Shown here: positions 43,671 through 57,840 of the stretch, piece after piece | Layout of the letters: each line of letters opens with the position of its first letter | Numbering within the stretch: position 1 is the stretch's first letter | Origin: the human T2T-CHM13v2.0 reference genome, Homo sapiens | Direction: 5' to 3' (one strand) | Length of the DNA: 64,000 nucleotides | NCBI RefSeq assembly: GCF_009914755.1 | Contig: NC_060931.1 | Translations under genes and position numbers: made by a program | Notes under the pieces: generated by a model | The model's database searches: none | What the model was told of the DNA's origin: nothing | Seen by the model: the letters and a program-made list of their open reading frames with translations, nothing else

Positions 43671-43778
43671 AGAAAACAGGAAAATTTCATTGACAATTTC
43701 ATTGACAATTTCAGGGCAAAAATATTTGGGGGAGATGTCCTTTGAAAAACACACAAAGACACATGAATCACCACCCCT

Positions 43779-44104
43779 TTTTATTTGAATTTTTTAAGAT
43801 ATAGGGTCTTGCTGTATTGCCCAGGCTTGAGAGAAGTGGCACCATCATAGCTCTCTGTAGCCTCAAACTACTGGGCTCAAGTCATCCTCCCACCTCAGCC
43901 TCCTAAGTAGCTAGAACTACAGGTGTGTGCCATCACACCCAGCTAATTTTATTTTATTTTATTTTGTAGAGACAGGGGTCTTGCTATTTTGCCCAGGCTG
44001 GTCTTAAACTCCTGGCCTTAAGTGATCCTCCTGGCCTTAAGTGATCCTCCTGCTTTGGTCTCCTAAAGTGCTAGCATTACAGGCATGAGCCACCACACCC
44101 GGCC
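43779..44104 (-). mobile_element. Alu (AluJ-like) with a 19-bp internal tandem duplication
   Basis: cctggccttaagtgatcct occurs twice in tandem. Confidence 0.88.
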
Positions 44105-45919
44105 ACTCTCTCTTTTTCAGATCATCTAAGTAGGTGTGGTAGTTTCCAGATGGGTGGATGGAATCCTAGAGGGACAGTATGCAGTCTAATCACGGGGCTA
44201 CAATGCGGTGCTTGAAGTGCAGAACCCGTGCCTTAGTCAGCCAGGTTGCCCCAAAATATAGCTCATCTGAGAGGAAAAAGTGGGGAGGGCGGACTTCCTT
44301 TTCAGAGGAGAGTTTATTCCCATTTTCTGAGCTTTTACTGCTTGATAGAAGTAGCCCCCAAAATCAGGATGCACAGATTTCAGTAACCAGGCAAGGGATG
44401 CTCCATGTTTCTCACCAAGCAGAGAAAATGCTATTTCAACCCAGAGTCAGCACTTACAGGGAACGCAATAATTTGAGAAGTTGATGGGAGTGAGTTAGCT
44501 GCTAGGGAAAGACACCAAATGTATAAACACTGACAAAACATGCTAACATCAAGAGAGGGCAAGCACTCAGATTGGTGCACACAGGAAAACACAGGGCGAA
44601 AATGTGGCATAATTTCTCAATTTTTAACCTAAGTCTTACCAATCAACTCACAAGAATAGCTATCAGTGAGGCAAGTCAATTGCCTTCCTTGAACATCTTT
44701 ACAAACTTGAAAGATGCCTCTTGATTGAGTTGTTTGAAGTACGGTCCTGAGAAAAGACAAGGGAATAGTTCCCATAACCTGCAGGGACTTCTTTTCACCA
44801 GAGGGTTTGGCAAGACTACCATGAGTTTAAAATAACAGAGTTAACACTGAAAATTCACTTTATTATGTTTTGATTTCAAAGAAAACGTAGACTTGTAAAT
44901 AACAATAGTTCTTTGTAACAATCTGCATGACACTTTTATTAGCTAGTGGAAGTGGGAGGTTTGGTTAAACAGGAATCCATGTGAATATTGGGGGGAAGAA
45001 AGCTAGAGCTGGAACAACTATGATTTAGAAAAATAATAATCATGTTGGGTTTTGCAAACCACCTGTCACCTTGCTGATCCCCAGAAAAATGTAAAGAACA
45101 ATCTCATGGATGAGTGAAAATTTTCTCTGCCTAGATAAGGAGAAGGTCAAAAGACGCACAGCTTAGCTGTCAGCTCCCACCAGCAGATTGCTTTTCAGAG
45201 GCTCAGTGTGGACCTGACAAAAGCTATTTACCAGCTTTGGAACTGGCAAGGTTTATTTGTTGAGTACAACTCTTGCTCTTAAGATAAGGAAACCCACGTT
45301 GAGGTACAGTAAATAGACACAAAAGAATGGTTCTGGTCCATTGGACACCCCTCTGAGCCTTTATTTTGAGAGTCGGCAAGAGGAGAGATGAATGTTTTTC
45401 AGCTGAGCGAGACAACAGCCCCGGGCCAGCTTTTAATAACCCAGAAGTAATAACAATAACCCGCCTGAACAAGCCGGCCAGGAAAGCGCATGCACGGTCA
45501 TGTTGTCCGCTTCTGAGACAGCCCTGCTTTAGGTCTGTTAGAGTTGATGTGAGGTTCCTTCATAAATTAATATGGCCTAGAAACATCGATGTGAAACTGG
45601 ATTTTCTGACTTTAAAGCTACCTTCTTTGAAAAAGAAATGTAATGCCTGATTTTTTTTCAGACTTTGTAATAATTCTAGTTAAAAAAAGAATACAGTTGT
45701 GACCATTTCAAAACACCTCTTGAAATTAATATTGGCTGCCTGGAACAGAGCTACACAATAGGTATGGACAATCTGAGCCATGGCTGGGGTCCCTGAGCCC
45801 AGTGGGCCTCATGATGGCTCAGGAAGTAGGTGCTGAATGTAGGGACAGGGAAGTGACAGCAGGAAGAAAGGTGGGGGTTACCAACAAAAGCAGAAAAAGC
45901 CACTGGCCCCCACCCCCCA

Positions 45920-46230
<311 letters not shown>

Positions 46231-46754
46231 TGATCACCAAGCTTGGCCAGTCACCTGGCAAAAGTTACCAGGTTCTTTCCCTCTCACGTTCCCTCCCAAC
46301 ATCTGGTGCCACCCAGATGCCACATGATAGATCCCTCTTTTCAGATGTTTATTTCAATCTGGTGACACCTGGAGAAGGGAGAGCAGATAGCATTCTGGGG
46401 TGCCCTATGCCTCTCCTGCTTCCATTCTGAGACATCTGTAGTCCAGTAACATGCCAGAGCTCTCTCTCATCCCTGAGGGGCACAGAGCCAGAGCTTAGTG
46501 TGGTCATGGCACTGGGGACTAGCGTGCTTGAGCTTAAGTCACTTGAGTGGATAAATCGATCTCTTAAGGCAGAGCATTAACTCTTTCAGGCCTTGGGGGG
46601 CTACCCAAGATGCTGAAACTGAATGCACATTGACAAAGTGTGTTCCGAGAATAGAGACAAATATCAGTTAGCACCATGAACCAACTTACAGAACCAAATC
46701 TGTTGAAGAAAACAACTTATATGCTCAGTCTCAGGGTCACGTGCAGATTATATC

Positions 46755-46760
46755 TTTATT
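46755..46760 (-). terminator. WNT2: Candidate distal WNT2 polyadenylation signal
   Basis: AATAAA on the minus strand with a downstream GT/T-rich tract (gttgttttcttc). It lies at the end of a repeat-free stretch. Confidence 0.5.
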
Positions 46761-48554
46761 GTAGAAAACTCCAGTGAACTAGTTTATGTCCTATTGTGGA
46801 AACTTTTTCAGATATTGTAGAAAATTAATGGACATTATCTTGGACCTAGAAAACTTCAATTTATAGTAAGATTTTAATAAAGAGGGAATTTATAAGGGGA
46901 TTTCCCAATTATTTTGTTTTGGCTAATTTGTGCCATATATTCCCCTTAAAAGCCTCAGATAATTCAGAGTTTCAGTGTATTTCAGGTTCCTGGAATACTG
47001 ATCCTCTACCAAGCTCTAAGGCAAAGGAGTTTAAAATTACCTTCATTTGTTGTGTAATTTTTTTCCCGAACAATAGACATTTCCTCTTTCAGAAGTAAAA
47101 GCCGATAGCAATATTTCATTCTCTTATTTTTCCCACCTCAGTGGCAGGACCCACTGCCACTTGCGATGGTTGCCATAATCTCCCTTATGGATTAGGACAA
47201 TTTATGTAGGTTCCTACGTGGATATCCTTGTCCCCTTGCTACTTACCAGGAGGGATATATCTCAGCATAAAAAGAATGTCAGATCTAAACATCCCAGGCA
47301 TAAAAAAAGTAGCAAACACACCATTGGAAGCTAAAATTATTTAAAATCCACTGAGTTAATTCTGGGAGAAGCTAGTTTCATTTAATGGATAAAGTCCTAC
47401 ACTATCTCAAACACTCAAGAGTGTGGTCCTATTTGTGATGGAGCATTGGGCAATGCCTGATATGTGCACCAATCCCTTCGCCTCTCTTGGTCTCAATTTC
47501 CCCAAACTGAAGGAAGCTGAGATGTCTCCTAAGATCCTTTCCAATTTGAAACACAGCCTGGATTGATGATTTCACAGTTCATCCAGCAGGAGGAAGGGCT
47601 GATGGCTGTGGGACCCCCATGAAAGTGCCTTCGCACTCTCATGAAGGAATTCACACCAACCTTCAGGGTAACTGAAGACTGAGCAGCTGCCCATGTGCCT
47701 GGCCTTCTTCACACCAAGCTCAGAGCAGCTACTGTCATTCCACTGTTCCCACCATCCGAATCCATAGAATAAAAGGAGGAAAGAGTCACTTTGGAAAAGT
47801 TAGACAACAATTTGGGAATGAGGGAAAGGGGATGAATTCTGACATTTTTAAGAGGGCTGGAGGCAAATGTTAACTATGGCAAAGTACTCCAGTAGGTTGT
47901 TTTGTACGAGTCTCAGTCTAAATGACCTTACTGTATGGTATTAAAGAATGAGGAAGAACCAATAATTTGATACCAGATGCATGTAATGAAATATCCTGTT
48001 AATGTAGCACTGTAAGGAAGTCATATACAGAATAAGAACCAAATTTTTCAAGAAGACGAGAAGTAGCTATTTCACCTTTCTTTCATTTAACATAAAAAAA
48101 CGGTGCAGGCAGCCTCTCCATTTTCCCTGAATGTCATCTTTTGGCTGATGGCAGAAGCCAACCACTATTTGCATACTGATGCTCCCATAATTACAGTTGA
48201 GTCCCTTAAACATAGTCTCCAAGTTACGATTTGTTTGCAATATAATATAGCAGGGTTACCAACTTTATAAGCAATGCTATGTGTCATTTGCTTTAGGCTA
48301 CAGTATCACATCATCTTGTAAGCATCAAATAAATACAATTAAATATGACAGGTCTTTAAACTGGGCTTGAAGGGTGATGGGCATTAGCAGACGGCGGATG
48401 TGGCCGACTTCTTTCAGGCATCTGCTTATTGTAAGGCCGCCCCAGGCACGAGTTAGCTCTGGAAACCTCTCTGTCAGCATTTTAGTTCACCAATCTTGTA
48501 TCCCCAAAATTTTCATCCTTCAAGTCATTTCAGTTATGAGATTCCATGGGTCAC

Positions 48555-49490
48555 ATGCATAATATGAGATAGGAATTTTATTCTCCCTTTTTTTCTTGAT
48601 CTGTACAGATATACTTCTGATATTCCATCCACTAAATTATTTTCCACCATATTCACCCAATAGTTACAGAATATTGCCAGACCATTCATCTTCTTTTTAA
48701 TTCCCTTCAGATTCTAAGTGAGAAGGAACTCTCATTCCCTAAAGATTTTTTATATCAAGGGGACAGTAATGCAAAGCAATCCCTTTCTGAGGCTTTTGCT
48801 CTTACAAAGATACAACACACCATAGTACCAAAGGACACACGTCCCCACCTTGTTACATCAGATTTTAATATGGCAATAAATGCCTTGAAAAATACACATT
48901 TTAAACTTAAAAGGGTATTGAAAGCCATTCTTCTCCAGGTAATTACCAATTACCCCTAAGGGTGGTAGCTGTAAAACCACTTGATCAGACAAAAGTCTTG
49001 GTCTTTTCAAAAGTTAAAGTTAAGTCAGGGGCAGTTGATTCTGCTTTCTTTACTGTTCCCATCTGAGAGAAGTATGGAATTTCTTAATTGGGACCATTTG
49101 TGGGAAGACATTGAGAAAGCTCCTTTGAGACACTTTTTTTTCTGCTTGGCCAACTGCTCTAGAAAGAAGAAACGTCAAGGTGGGTGGAGACAGTGGTCTG
49201 GGCCCACCACCCTCCCGGCTGAACAGCCTGTCATGCTATTTCCAAAGAGAACTCGCCAGGAGGGGAGATGACTGCAGAACACCAGGAGATGGATAGAATA
49301 GGGTAGGCTTTAGGTGCAGCGTGTGGCCCCCCCATCCTGGGACCCCCAGGGAGGAAGAGGGGGCTTTCGTTGAGATAAAGGCCACATGCCTTAGGAAATA
49401 TCCCCCCAGAAAGAACCCAAAGGTCCAGTGTTCTTGCAGATCCAATGGAGTCCTTGTAGAAGGGAAGGTGGATGGTGACGCCTGCTGGGG
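48555..49490 (-). other. WNT2: WNT2 3'UTR to the proximal polyadenylation signal
   Basis: Follows the stop codon. Minus-strand AATAAA at 48582-48577 with TGTA ~20-25 nt upstream. Confidence 0.75.
49424..49431 (-). promoter_or_regulatory. miR-199-5p 8mer seed site (ACACUGGA) in the WNT2 3'UTR
   Basis: The plus strand reads tccagtgttc, so the mRNA pairs with miR-199a-5p nt 2-10 (CCAGUGUUC) and has an A opposite position 1. Confidence 0.65.
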
Positions 49491-49720
49491 TCATGTAGCG
49501 GTTGTCCAGTCAGCGTTCTTGGGGGCCTTGCATGTGTGCACATCCAGAGCTTCCAGGCAGTCCTGACAGCGCACGGCGCAGCACCAGTGGAACTTACACC
49601 CACACTTGGTCATCCGGGTGACATGGGAGGTGTCGTAGCCTCTCCCACAGCACATGACTTCACAGCTGTCCATGCCCCGGGAAGTCAGGTTGCACACACG
49701 GCCTGCTGTACCCAGGGAGC
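49491..49720 (-). CDS. WNT2: WNT2 last coding exon: (G)[29 protein letters not shown]...[14 protein letters not shown]...ADWTTAT*
   Basis: Wnt C-terminal cysteine pattern and the human WNT2 tail. Acceptor cttgtcttccag|GC (AG at 49722-49721, phase 1); TGA at 49493-49491. Confidence 0.98.
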
Positions 49721-50614
49721 CTGGAAGACAAGCCAGGGAGTGTTACTGAAAAGGTCTGGGTGGAATCCAATATGCCTCCAGAGGAGGAGTCACGAGGTCC
49801 ATCCTCCAGGACAGAGCCCTGACCCTCTCTTCCTACAGCCTGGGGCTGTTATACTCGTTCTGTGGGCCCATGCCATGTGTGCAAATCCCATTATGCCAGC
49901 TGCAGAGAGTGCAGTGGTGCTGAGAGGGCCGAGTCCCAAAAAGGTGAACATGAAACTTTGGATTTCCTTGGACACCCTGAATCCAGCTCTCCCACTTCTG
50001 AGTTGGATCGACTTTTCAGATTATCCTTACCCAGCCTTGAATTTAAGGATCCTTGATCGAGCAGAGCCAGATCAGAATAAAAGAAGGATCCATCCTGGCT
50101 CCTTCTCCCTACCTCAAACCACATTAAGGAAGCAGTGACCAAGGTTAGCTCTCTTCAAATTTGTCAGGGCATGGAGCCCTCAAAGGGAGGGAGTTTTATC
50201 TCCATAGACCTGATTACACTGGCTTATGAGAAAGGGAATAGAACTCTGGTTCTGAAGAGGAGACATGGGCATCATTTGTGTGAGACCCTGAGGAAGGAGA
50301 AAGGCCCCACCAGGTTTATCATATTAACTGTCTCTCCTGCTGCAGTCTAGCAGGACATATAGATGTGTGTGAGGTCCCAGGCGAAGCCAGGATTCAAGGC
50401 CTTCAATAAACAAAATTGGCATAGAAAATCTGCCAGGAATTACCAATGGAATATTGTCTTAGTTAATCAGGGTGATGTTTGCTAAATGGCAATCCATATT
50501 TAAGTATTTGTTTCTGAAAAATAATTTTAAAGCTAGAAAGCCTTTTATTCATTTACTCTATTCTTGGGGACGCACTCAGAATTCTTTTATAAGCACATTA
50601 TCAGACAACAGAAC

Positions 50615-51110
50615 AAAGCATTGTAGACATTTTGGGAGAGTATGCTGGGCTTACCATGATCCTTTCTACTTCCTCCCCCACAGAGATGGGCACCTGGCAG
50701 CCATGTTGTATAACATCACCCTGCTCACTGGTGAACAATGATTGGACCAGGGGCAATCAACTGACTTGTGCTGGGCCAATCAGGTAAATTCTCTGTTGAT
50801 TTGTGATTTTGACACAGATGATCACTATTGCCACTTAGTTGCTGTTGGCAGCTGTACACCATGGTGAGGTCTGTGGACTCGAGGAGGTCCACAGAAAAAC
50901 AGAAATGAAGCAAATATACAGTGACAGTGAAGACAAGACATGGAAAGAAATGCTGCCCAGATCCTGGACTATTTTCTGGTTCTGCTTCCATTTCTCCCTG
51001 AGGCCTGACTGCATTCGAACGTTTGAGTTCCTAGAGACTCTGTATCCTTATAAGAAGCTTCCCCTTGTGGCTTAAACTGTCCCAGTTTCTATTGCTTGCT
51101 ATCAACAATC
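50615..51110 (+). mobile_element. Old MLT1-type LTR
   Basis: ctgggccaatcag...gtttctattgcttgc motifs; diverged. Confidence 0.45.
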
Positions 51111-51939
51111 CCACCTAATTGATAAACCTAGAGAAGCTAAACTCTTATTTAAAAAACAAAACAAAACGACTTATATCAGGATGAAAAAGACAGTGACTTA
51201 ATTCATTTTCAGTTTCTCCATCATTTAACTAGGAATGTCTTCCTTTTGATATCTCTGACGATGCCTCGTGACTGTCTCTCTGTTTATCACAGTCCGCTCT
51301 GTGTTGGAATTATCTACAGAAATGTCATGTTGCCCTGCCTGTTCGGGATGACCAGGGAAGCAGCAAGGTTCAAGCAGGGCACGGGGTCAAGAAGAGGAGA
51401 GGGTGGGGCAGCGTTTGGTCAGAATGATTGGCGGCGGAGAGCAGGAAGACTGGCCGGGGAACTTCATGAGGACAGGAAGGATGGCAAAAGGCCGGGGTCA
51501 GGGTGGAGGGTGGGTCAGCCAGGGATGGCTCCGAGCCTGCATCGTGCTGAAGAAGCATGGGGTTAGAAGAGGCAGCAGCTCAGCTTGGATTCCAGGCAGC
51601 CATCAGGACAGTCCTCAAAATTTACTGATTATGCAGAAAGGACTCACTGCCAAATGCTGCCTCTTCACAGCACACCCATTATTTCATTCAGTAAACATTT
51701 AGTGAACATAAACATATGTAAGACACTGTGCCAGCTGCTTGGGGCTTGGGGCACAAGGGAGAATAAAATAAATAGGACCAAGTTCCTATTCTCAGTGAAC
51801 CCTCTATATGGCGCAGAGTTAAATATGTAAAGAGATACTTCCACTACTTTGGGTTGTTTGATTTGCTAAGGACCTACTGTAACCCACAGTACAGTCATGT
51901 GCAAAGCACCACAGCAAACAGAGCTCAAAGACAGTCAAA

Positions 51940-52165
51940 TGAGGTTATTTAGAGCTTGGACAATCAGCGTTCAAATCCCAGATTTGCCATGTATCAACTG
52001 TGTGGCCTTGGGCAAGTTACTTAAACTTGTTAAGCTTCAGTTTCCTCCTGTGCAAAACTGGAATAAAAATAGTTCTTTCATCATAGAGCTTTTGGTGAGA
52101 ACATAATGAGATAGTGCATGAAAGTGCCTGGCACAAAATAAGTGCTCAATAAATGTTAACTATCC
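51940..52165 (+). mobile_element. MIR
   Basis: ttcaaatccca...tgtggccttgggcaagttacttaa...cagtttcctc core. Confidence 0.8.
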
Positions 52166-52566
52166 ATATCTTCATCTAGCAAGTGTTTATTGAGTGACTA
52201 CTATGTGCTAGGCACAGTTCTGGGAACATGGGATATATCAGAGAAAAAAAATGAAGATCCTGCCCTCAGGAGCTTATGTTCTAAGGGCATGAGCCAAGCA
52301 TATTATAATAGTGATATTTCTTGGTATTAATAGTAGCAAATAGATCCATCAACTGCACAGTTTTACAGAGGAGGTAGCATTAGAGATAGGTGTAAAGGAT
52401 GACTAGAAGATTTGCAGGTAAAGAATGGGGTAAACAGCAACCTGGGCAAGATAGAACCTTCTGGCAGAAATTCTGAGGGCAAGTTCACAACAGACTGCTG
52501 ATTCAGGGAGGCTATTAGGGACAATGAGCATAGAAAGGGAGGCTGGAGCAACAGGTTAAAGGGTCT

Positions 52567-52874
52567 GTTGTTGTTGTTGTTATTGTTGTTTGAGACAGGG
52601 TCTCACTCTGTCACCCAGGCTTGAGGGCAGTGGCACGAACATGGCTCACTAGAGCCTCGACCTCCTGGGCTCAAGGAATTCTCCCATCTCAGCCTCTCAA
52701 GTGGCTGGGACTACAGGCACACACCACCCCATCCAGCTAATTTTTGTATCTTCTGTGGAGACAGGGTCTTGCCATGTTGCCCAGGCTGGTCTCAAACTCC
52801 TGGGCTCAAGCGATCCTCCTGCTTTGACCCCCACCAAAGTGCTGGGATTACAGGCGTGACTCACACGCCTGGCC
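52567..52874 (-). mobile_element. AluJ-like element with (TTG)n tail
   Basis: TSD taaagggtct. Confidence 0.9.
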
Positions 52875-53659
52875 TAAAGGGTCTTTATGCCATGCCACAG
52901 TTTGATTTTTATTACAAGGTGGGTGGTGGACCTGTCTAGACCTTTAATTCTGAAAACTAGGTCGCGAAGGTAAGTCTGGAAGAGCAGCTTAGGGCAGGGA
53001 GGAGGGCTGTTGGAATACTTCAGACAAGAGATATTGCGTGAAGAAACAAGCAGAACAAATACATGATTGGCTGAAGAGGGTGAACCACTAGAACTTGATG
53101 ACTCATTGAATTAAGGAGTAGAGGGAGTGTCAAGTAGGAAAAGACTAAAAAAAAGTTAATTTGGCTGCACACCAAGGAGGTAACTGGCGCCCTCGATGAG
53201 AGCAGTTTCAGTGGATGACATAGATGAATGTGGTGGAGGAGAGGACATGGGGACAGTGAGTGTAGGTAAAGTTTTCAAGAGGCTTGGTGATGAAGAGGAT
53301 GAAAGAGAGTAGGGCCAAGAGTGGTGATAAAAGCAAGGGTGGGACTTTAAGATTATTTTAGGCCATTACATTTTCCAGTGGTATGTTTTGCAGCAGTAGA
53401 TATCTGCACAAGGTTTTCATTTCAGATTAGGTTTTCATGTACCTAAAGTACAAAAATGGGAAAAACTAGTCATTGCTATTAAAAGGAGGTGATTTTCCTT
53501 GGGGAATAGAGAAAAAGAGCATGAGACATGCCTCTGGAATACTGGGCCCCTTCAGGTTTTTTATCTGGGCACAGGTCATGTGGGTGTGTCCATTTGTGAA
53601 AATTCATTGTGCTGTACACATGGAATGTGGGCACTCTTCTGCATTTCATATTTCAATAA

Positions 53660-53857
53660 CAAGAAGAAGGTGGTAGAGGAAGAGGAGAAGGGGAGGGAGG
53701 AGAAAGAAGGGGAAGAGGAAGAAGGGAAAGAGGAAGAGGAGGAGGAAGACAAGGAGGAGGAAGAGAAGAGGAAGAGGAGAAAGAGGAGGAGAGGAAGGAG
53801 GAGGGGGAGGAGGAGAAAGAAGAAAAAGGAAGAGGAGGAGGAAGAGAAGGAGAAAGC
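53660..53857. repeat. GA-rich low-complexity polypurine tract
   Basis: Almost pure purine (GAG/GAA) run. Confidence 0.95.
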
Positions 53858-53859
53858 AA

Positions 53860-54600
53860 TGGTGGCATGTGCCAAGGCCAGGAAATGAGCAAAGCTCTGC
53901 AACGTGTGAGGAGCAGGAAAGTGTTCCCTGTGGCTGGTATACAGTACTCAAAGGGGAGAGTGTCAGGAGATGAGGCTGGAGTGGTGAGGGGAAGCTGCAC
54001 TGGGAATGGTCAAGGGGTTTCAACTTGACCTTGAGGGCAACAGAATGCTATTAAGGGCCTTCACACAAAAGGGCAACATGTTCTCATTTGTGTTTCAGAA
54101 GGATCTCCAAGGGTGTGGGGCTGGAATGAAGTGGAGGGGGCTGGAGTGAGGACAAGAAGACAAGTTAGAGACCAATACAGACTCTGGGCAGGACATGAGT
54201 GGCCTGGATTAAGACAGTGGTAGTGGGAACTGGAGCGGTTACTAGAGTCAAGAGAAGGTGAGGAGGCAGGACCTGTGGGACATGGTGACTGAGTGGAGAC
54301 TGGGGGAGGATGAGAAAAGTCAAGGTTTCTCAGGTTCTGGCCTGAGTGACTGTTGGTGCTGTTAATTCCCTGACATGGGGGACACTTGGTTAGGGGTCAG
54401 CTTAGAGAAAAGATAATGAATTCAGTTTTCAACAGGTTGAGTTTGCTGTGACTGTGGGGCATTCAGGTAGAAATGTTTGCTGAAAATACTCTCTGGGACT
54501 CAGGAGAGAGGTGGGCATGAAGACTCAGGTTTAGAAATCTTTTGTGCAGTGGTGGTAACTGAAGCCACGGGTGTGAATGAGACCCCCAGTGGGTGTGAAA
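53860..54600 (+). mobile_element. L2 remnant
   Basis: gccaaggcc...ttcagttt...gttgagttt...gtggtaactgaagcc motifs typical of L2. Confidence 0.6.
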
Positions 54601-56049
54601 AGTGCTCTCACTTGGTATCCCAGAAGTGACTCTTAATTTTTACTTTTTTGTTATTGTTCACATGCGCTGAGCAGCAGTAAACATTCTTCCCTTCTACTGA
54701 TCTGTATTTATCAAAATGGGAATACCGTACCATGCATTAGAATTCTTTATCTGCCGTAGGGCTTTGGGCTTAAGGGGGCCAGGATAAGGAGGTGAAGTGT
54801 CTCGTTCCTGACTCAGACTGTTGGCCTTTCACTGAAATCTAACTTGGTAGTCTTTCTTTCCTGAGTGGCTTCCAGCCTAAGAAGGTTTGAGCTTGTGGTC
54901 TGACTCAGCCTTCTGTAATGGTCATGGTGTCTTTTGTCCCCCAGATGCAGAAAACTGAACCAGACTGTCTGAACAGAAGGATTGCTCAGTGTAGTGACCT
55001 CAACACCATCAGAACTCAGAGAGAGGAGCAGACAAAGCTATGACCATTGACAAAAGCTTAACTCAGAAGTGGTTTCAGTAAAGGGAACAAAGCCTCTGGC
55101 AATATGTCTCAGTAGTTCAATGTTCAGTTATAAAATGCTGGAAAACACAATCTGAACATGCCACTCTCCACCGGCTGCCCAAACGGCATAATGAGGGCCC
55201 AGAAGATGGAAAATGAGAGAGGGTTTTTGAGGATTGAGAGCCACTGATGAGAGAACAGCAGTGAGGTCGCAGCCTGGAGCTGTGACGGGCCCCCATGAGG
55301 CATCGGGGCACCAAGGAATGGGCCAACTGGGCGGGAAAGGGCAGTCCCTGCAGCTGGAAGGGAGGATGAGGCTGCCTAGTGATGGATGACAAATTGGCCC
55401 TGTTTGGGGGTTTGGATCTAATTAGATCTAATGACAGGCTGTAGGGCAGAAGGGCAGTTTTGACACTTGCTGTCATTTTAGCAGAACATACAGCCATTTC
55501 ATAGAAACCCTGAAAAGAACATTTCCAGAGTGCAGAATCTATACAAAATCGCTGGCATTACTTTCCCCTTAATGAATTACAATAAAGACTCATTATTATC
55601 AATAGCAGTAGGGCCATACTGTTCCATTGGTCTTTCCAAAACAGAAAGCATCACCATTATGTTTCCAATAAAATATAAGAACCAAGAGTATGTGTGTATG
55701 TGTGTGTGTTTTAATGAAAAGGAGCCACTGACTTTTACCAACTGCCTATTTGTTTAGTTCTAAATCTTTGGGACACATACTTTTAGATGTTTTTTCTCAA
55801 ATAATATACAAACTTGTTAACTGAGTCACTCACCCTTGCTTGGGCCACAACAGGAACCACTGGGGAGACAAACCCAGCTACATCTATCAGCCTTAATCCC
55901 ATAAGGGTGAGTTTTCACATTTTCCAAGCTGAATGGAGTGAAAGTTCATTCATCCTTTCTCACTTTTTTTTCCCATTCCTTCTTCTTCTTTCTTCCTTTC
56001 CCTCTATCTTCTTTTCACTCTCTTTCTTTTCTTTCTGTTCACAACTGGA

Positions 56050-56290
56050 GCCAATATTTATGGAGCACTTATGTGAGCTAGGCCCCATGCTAAGCATTTT
56101 GCCTGCATTGTCTAATTTAATTCTCATAAGCTTATAAGGAAGGTACTATTATTATCACCATTTTGGAAATGAGGAAATGGAGATTCAGGAAGATTAAGTA
56201 ACTTGCCCAAGATCACACAGGCAGCTGGTGGCAAGGACAAGATTTGCAAGCAGGCTTGCCTGACTGTAGAGCTCAAGCTCTTGACAGTCG
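56050..56290 (-). mobile_element. MIR
   Basis: ccattttggaaatgaggaaatggag...ttaagtaacttgcccaagatcacacag. Confidence 0.8.
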
Positions 56291-57724
56291 TGACATTCTG
56301 ACCCTTTGCCGAGTGCCCAGTCCTGGTGCCCGGCCAGGCACCAGAAAGCAGCCTGCTTTATAACATTATGTGACCAGTGCAGCAGCGTCTTTCCCGTACT
56401 CTCTTCTAATTCTTTTATCAAATGAGTAACGTGCAAAGATCCTGACATGTAACTTTTTGGGGAGAGGGCCTTTTTCTTCAGCTCATGATATGCTGTAGAC
56501 AATTACAACACATAAAGTTATGTAAGAAACTGAAAAAAAGACTGGGTTAACATGGTGTCAGTTGCTCATGCTGCATTTTTCCTATACTGATATTCCTACT
56601 GGATGCCTGTAACCTTTAAGAGAAATGAGAATAATTTGTTTGTAATGCCAGGATGCATGTCTCCAAATTATGTGTGCCCTCAAGGTGGTTTTAATATGTC
56701 ACTGATGTGGCCAATGCTGAGGACATTGAGCCCTCTCTAGGCAGAACCTTCTGGTTCAGAGAAGCCAATAGCATCAATTTGTATCTCATCAAGAATATAA
56801 TTACTCAGTCTGATCATCTACCTAACTCTTCATACTTCATTTGAAGATTCTCTGAGCCATTTCCAACAGCCATCTTGATCTTTATAGGACAAATATTTGT
56901 ACTACACTGTATCTACAAAACAAGTGTAGCTGGCTCTTAAAAATACTCCAGAAGAGACATTTTAAAAATAGTTTCAATTACCGGTCCTATCATTAGAGTC
57001 TCCCAAATTGATACTTTAAAAGGATAAACATATATTTGGATGCTTCACATTTAACATGTTTGTTCTACAAAATCATTCATGTTGGTTTATAATGTTATTT
57101 CTTATTGCAGTTTGATTTACATAGTTCACCTAAGAGGAAAGTGACAAGTTGGAAATTCATTTTCCCTGACTTCCTTTTGCTTTATATTTGTGAAGTATTC
57201 CCAGGATGTGTGGCCTGCCTGAGTCCAGAGCCCAACTCCCAGACACAGAAGGTTGCAGACTCGAAACTTCTTGTCATCTTTATACCAAACAATTGTGAGA
57301 TCATCGTCCTAAACCCAGTGTCTATAAGATCCAGGCAAAGTCGTTAAGGTTTGGCAATGTCTGTGCTGTGGGAAGGAGCTGCTTCCAGCCAGATGGACCT
57401 TTTGCTTGCCCATATGTGTTGTCATCCTGACTCGCACAAGAGCTCACAAATGCATAAGATTAAAAAAAAGGACAAAGAATTGGAGTTTCTAAATCACATA
57501 AGTTTGGGACCATGTAACACTTTTGGTGGAGCAATGCCGAGGGAACTTGATGGAATTGAGCATCCCATTTCTAGAGCTATAAAATTAATAATGGAGTCAG
57601 GGTTCCCAGTGTAAAAACATTTCTGTCTCCACTAACATGCATCTTGCTGACAGCAGAGGAGGAACAGAGGGGTTTTTGCTAATAGTTCCCAGACCCATAC
57701 CTCTGGGACCCGGAGGAAGGGGTC

Positions 57725-57840
57725 CCTCCTCTCTCAATCTCTCTTTCTCTCTCTCTCCCCGCCCTTCTCTCCCTATTCTCTCTCTGTCTCTATCTCTCCC
57801 TCTCCTCCTCACCTCCTTCTCCCCCCATCCCCTCTCTCTG
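57725..57840. repeat. CT-rich low-complexity tract
   Basis: Directly visible. Confidence 0.9.

Noticed and set aside
49536-50138. 200-aa plus-strand ORF overlapping WNT2
   Set aside because: Antisense shadow of a GC-rich coding exon running into intron; no independent support.
53499-54023. Glu/Arg/Lys-rich and Ser/Pro/Leu-rich ORFs
   Set aside because: Translations of a GA low-complexity tract.
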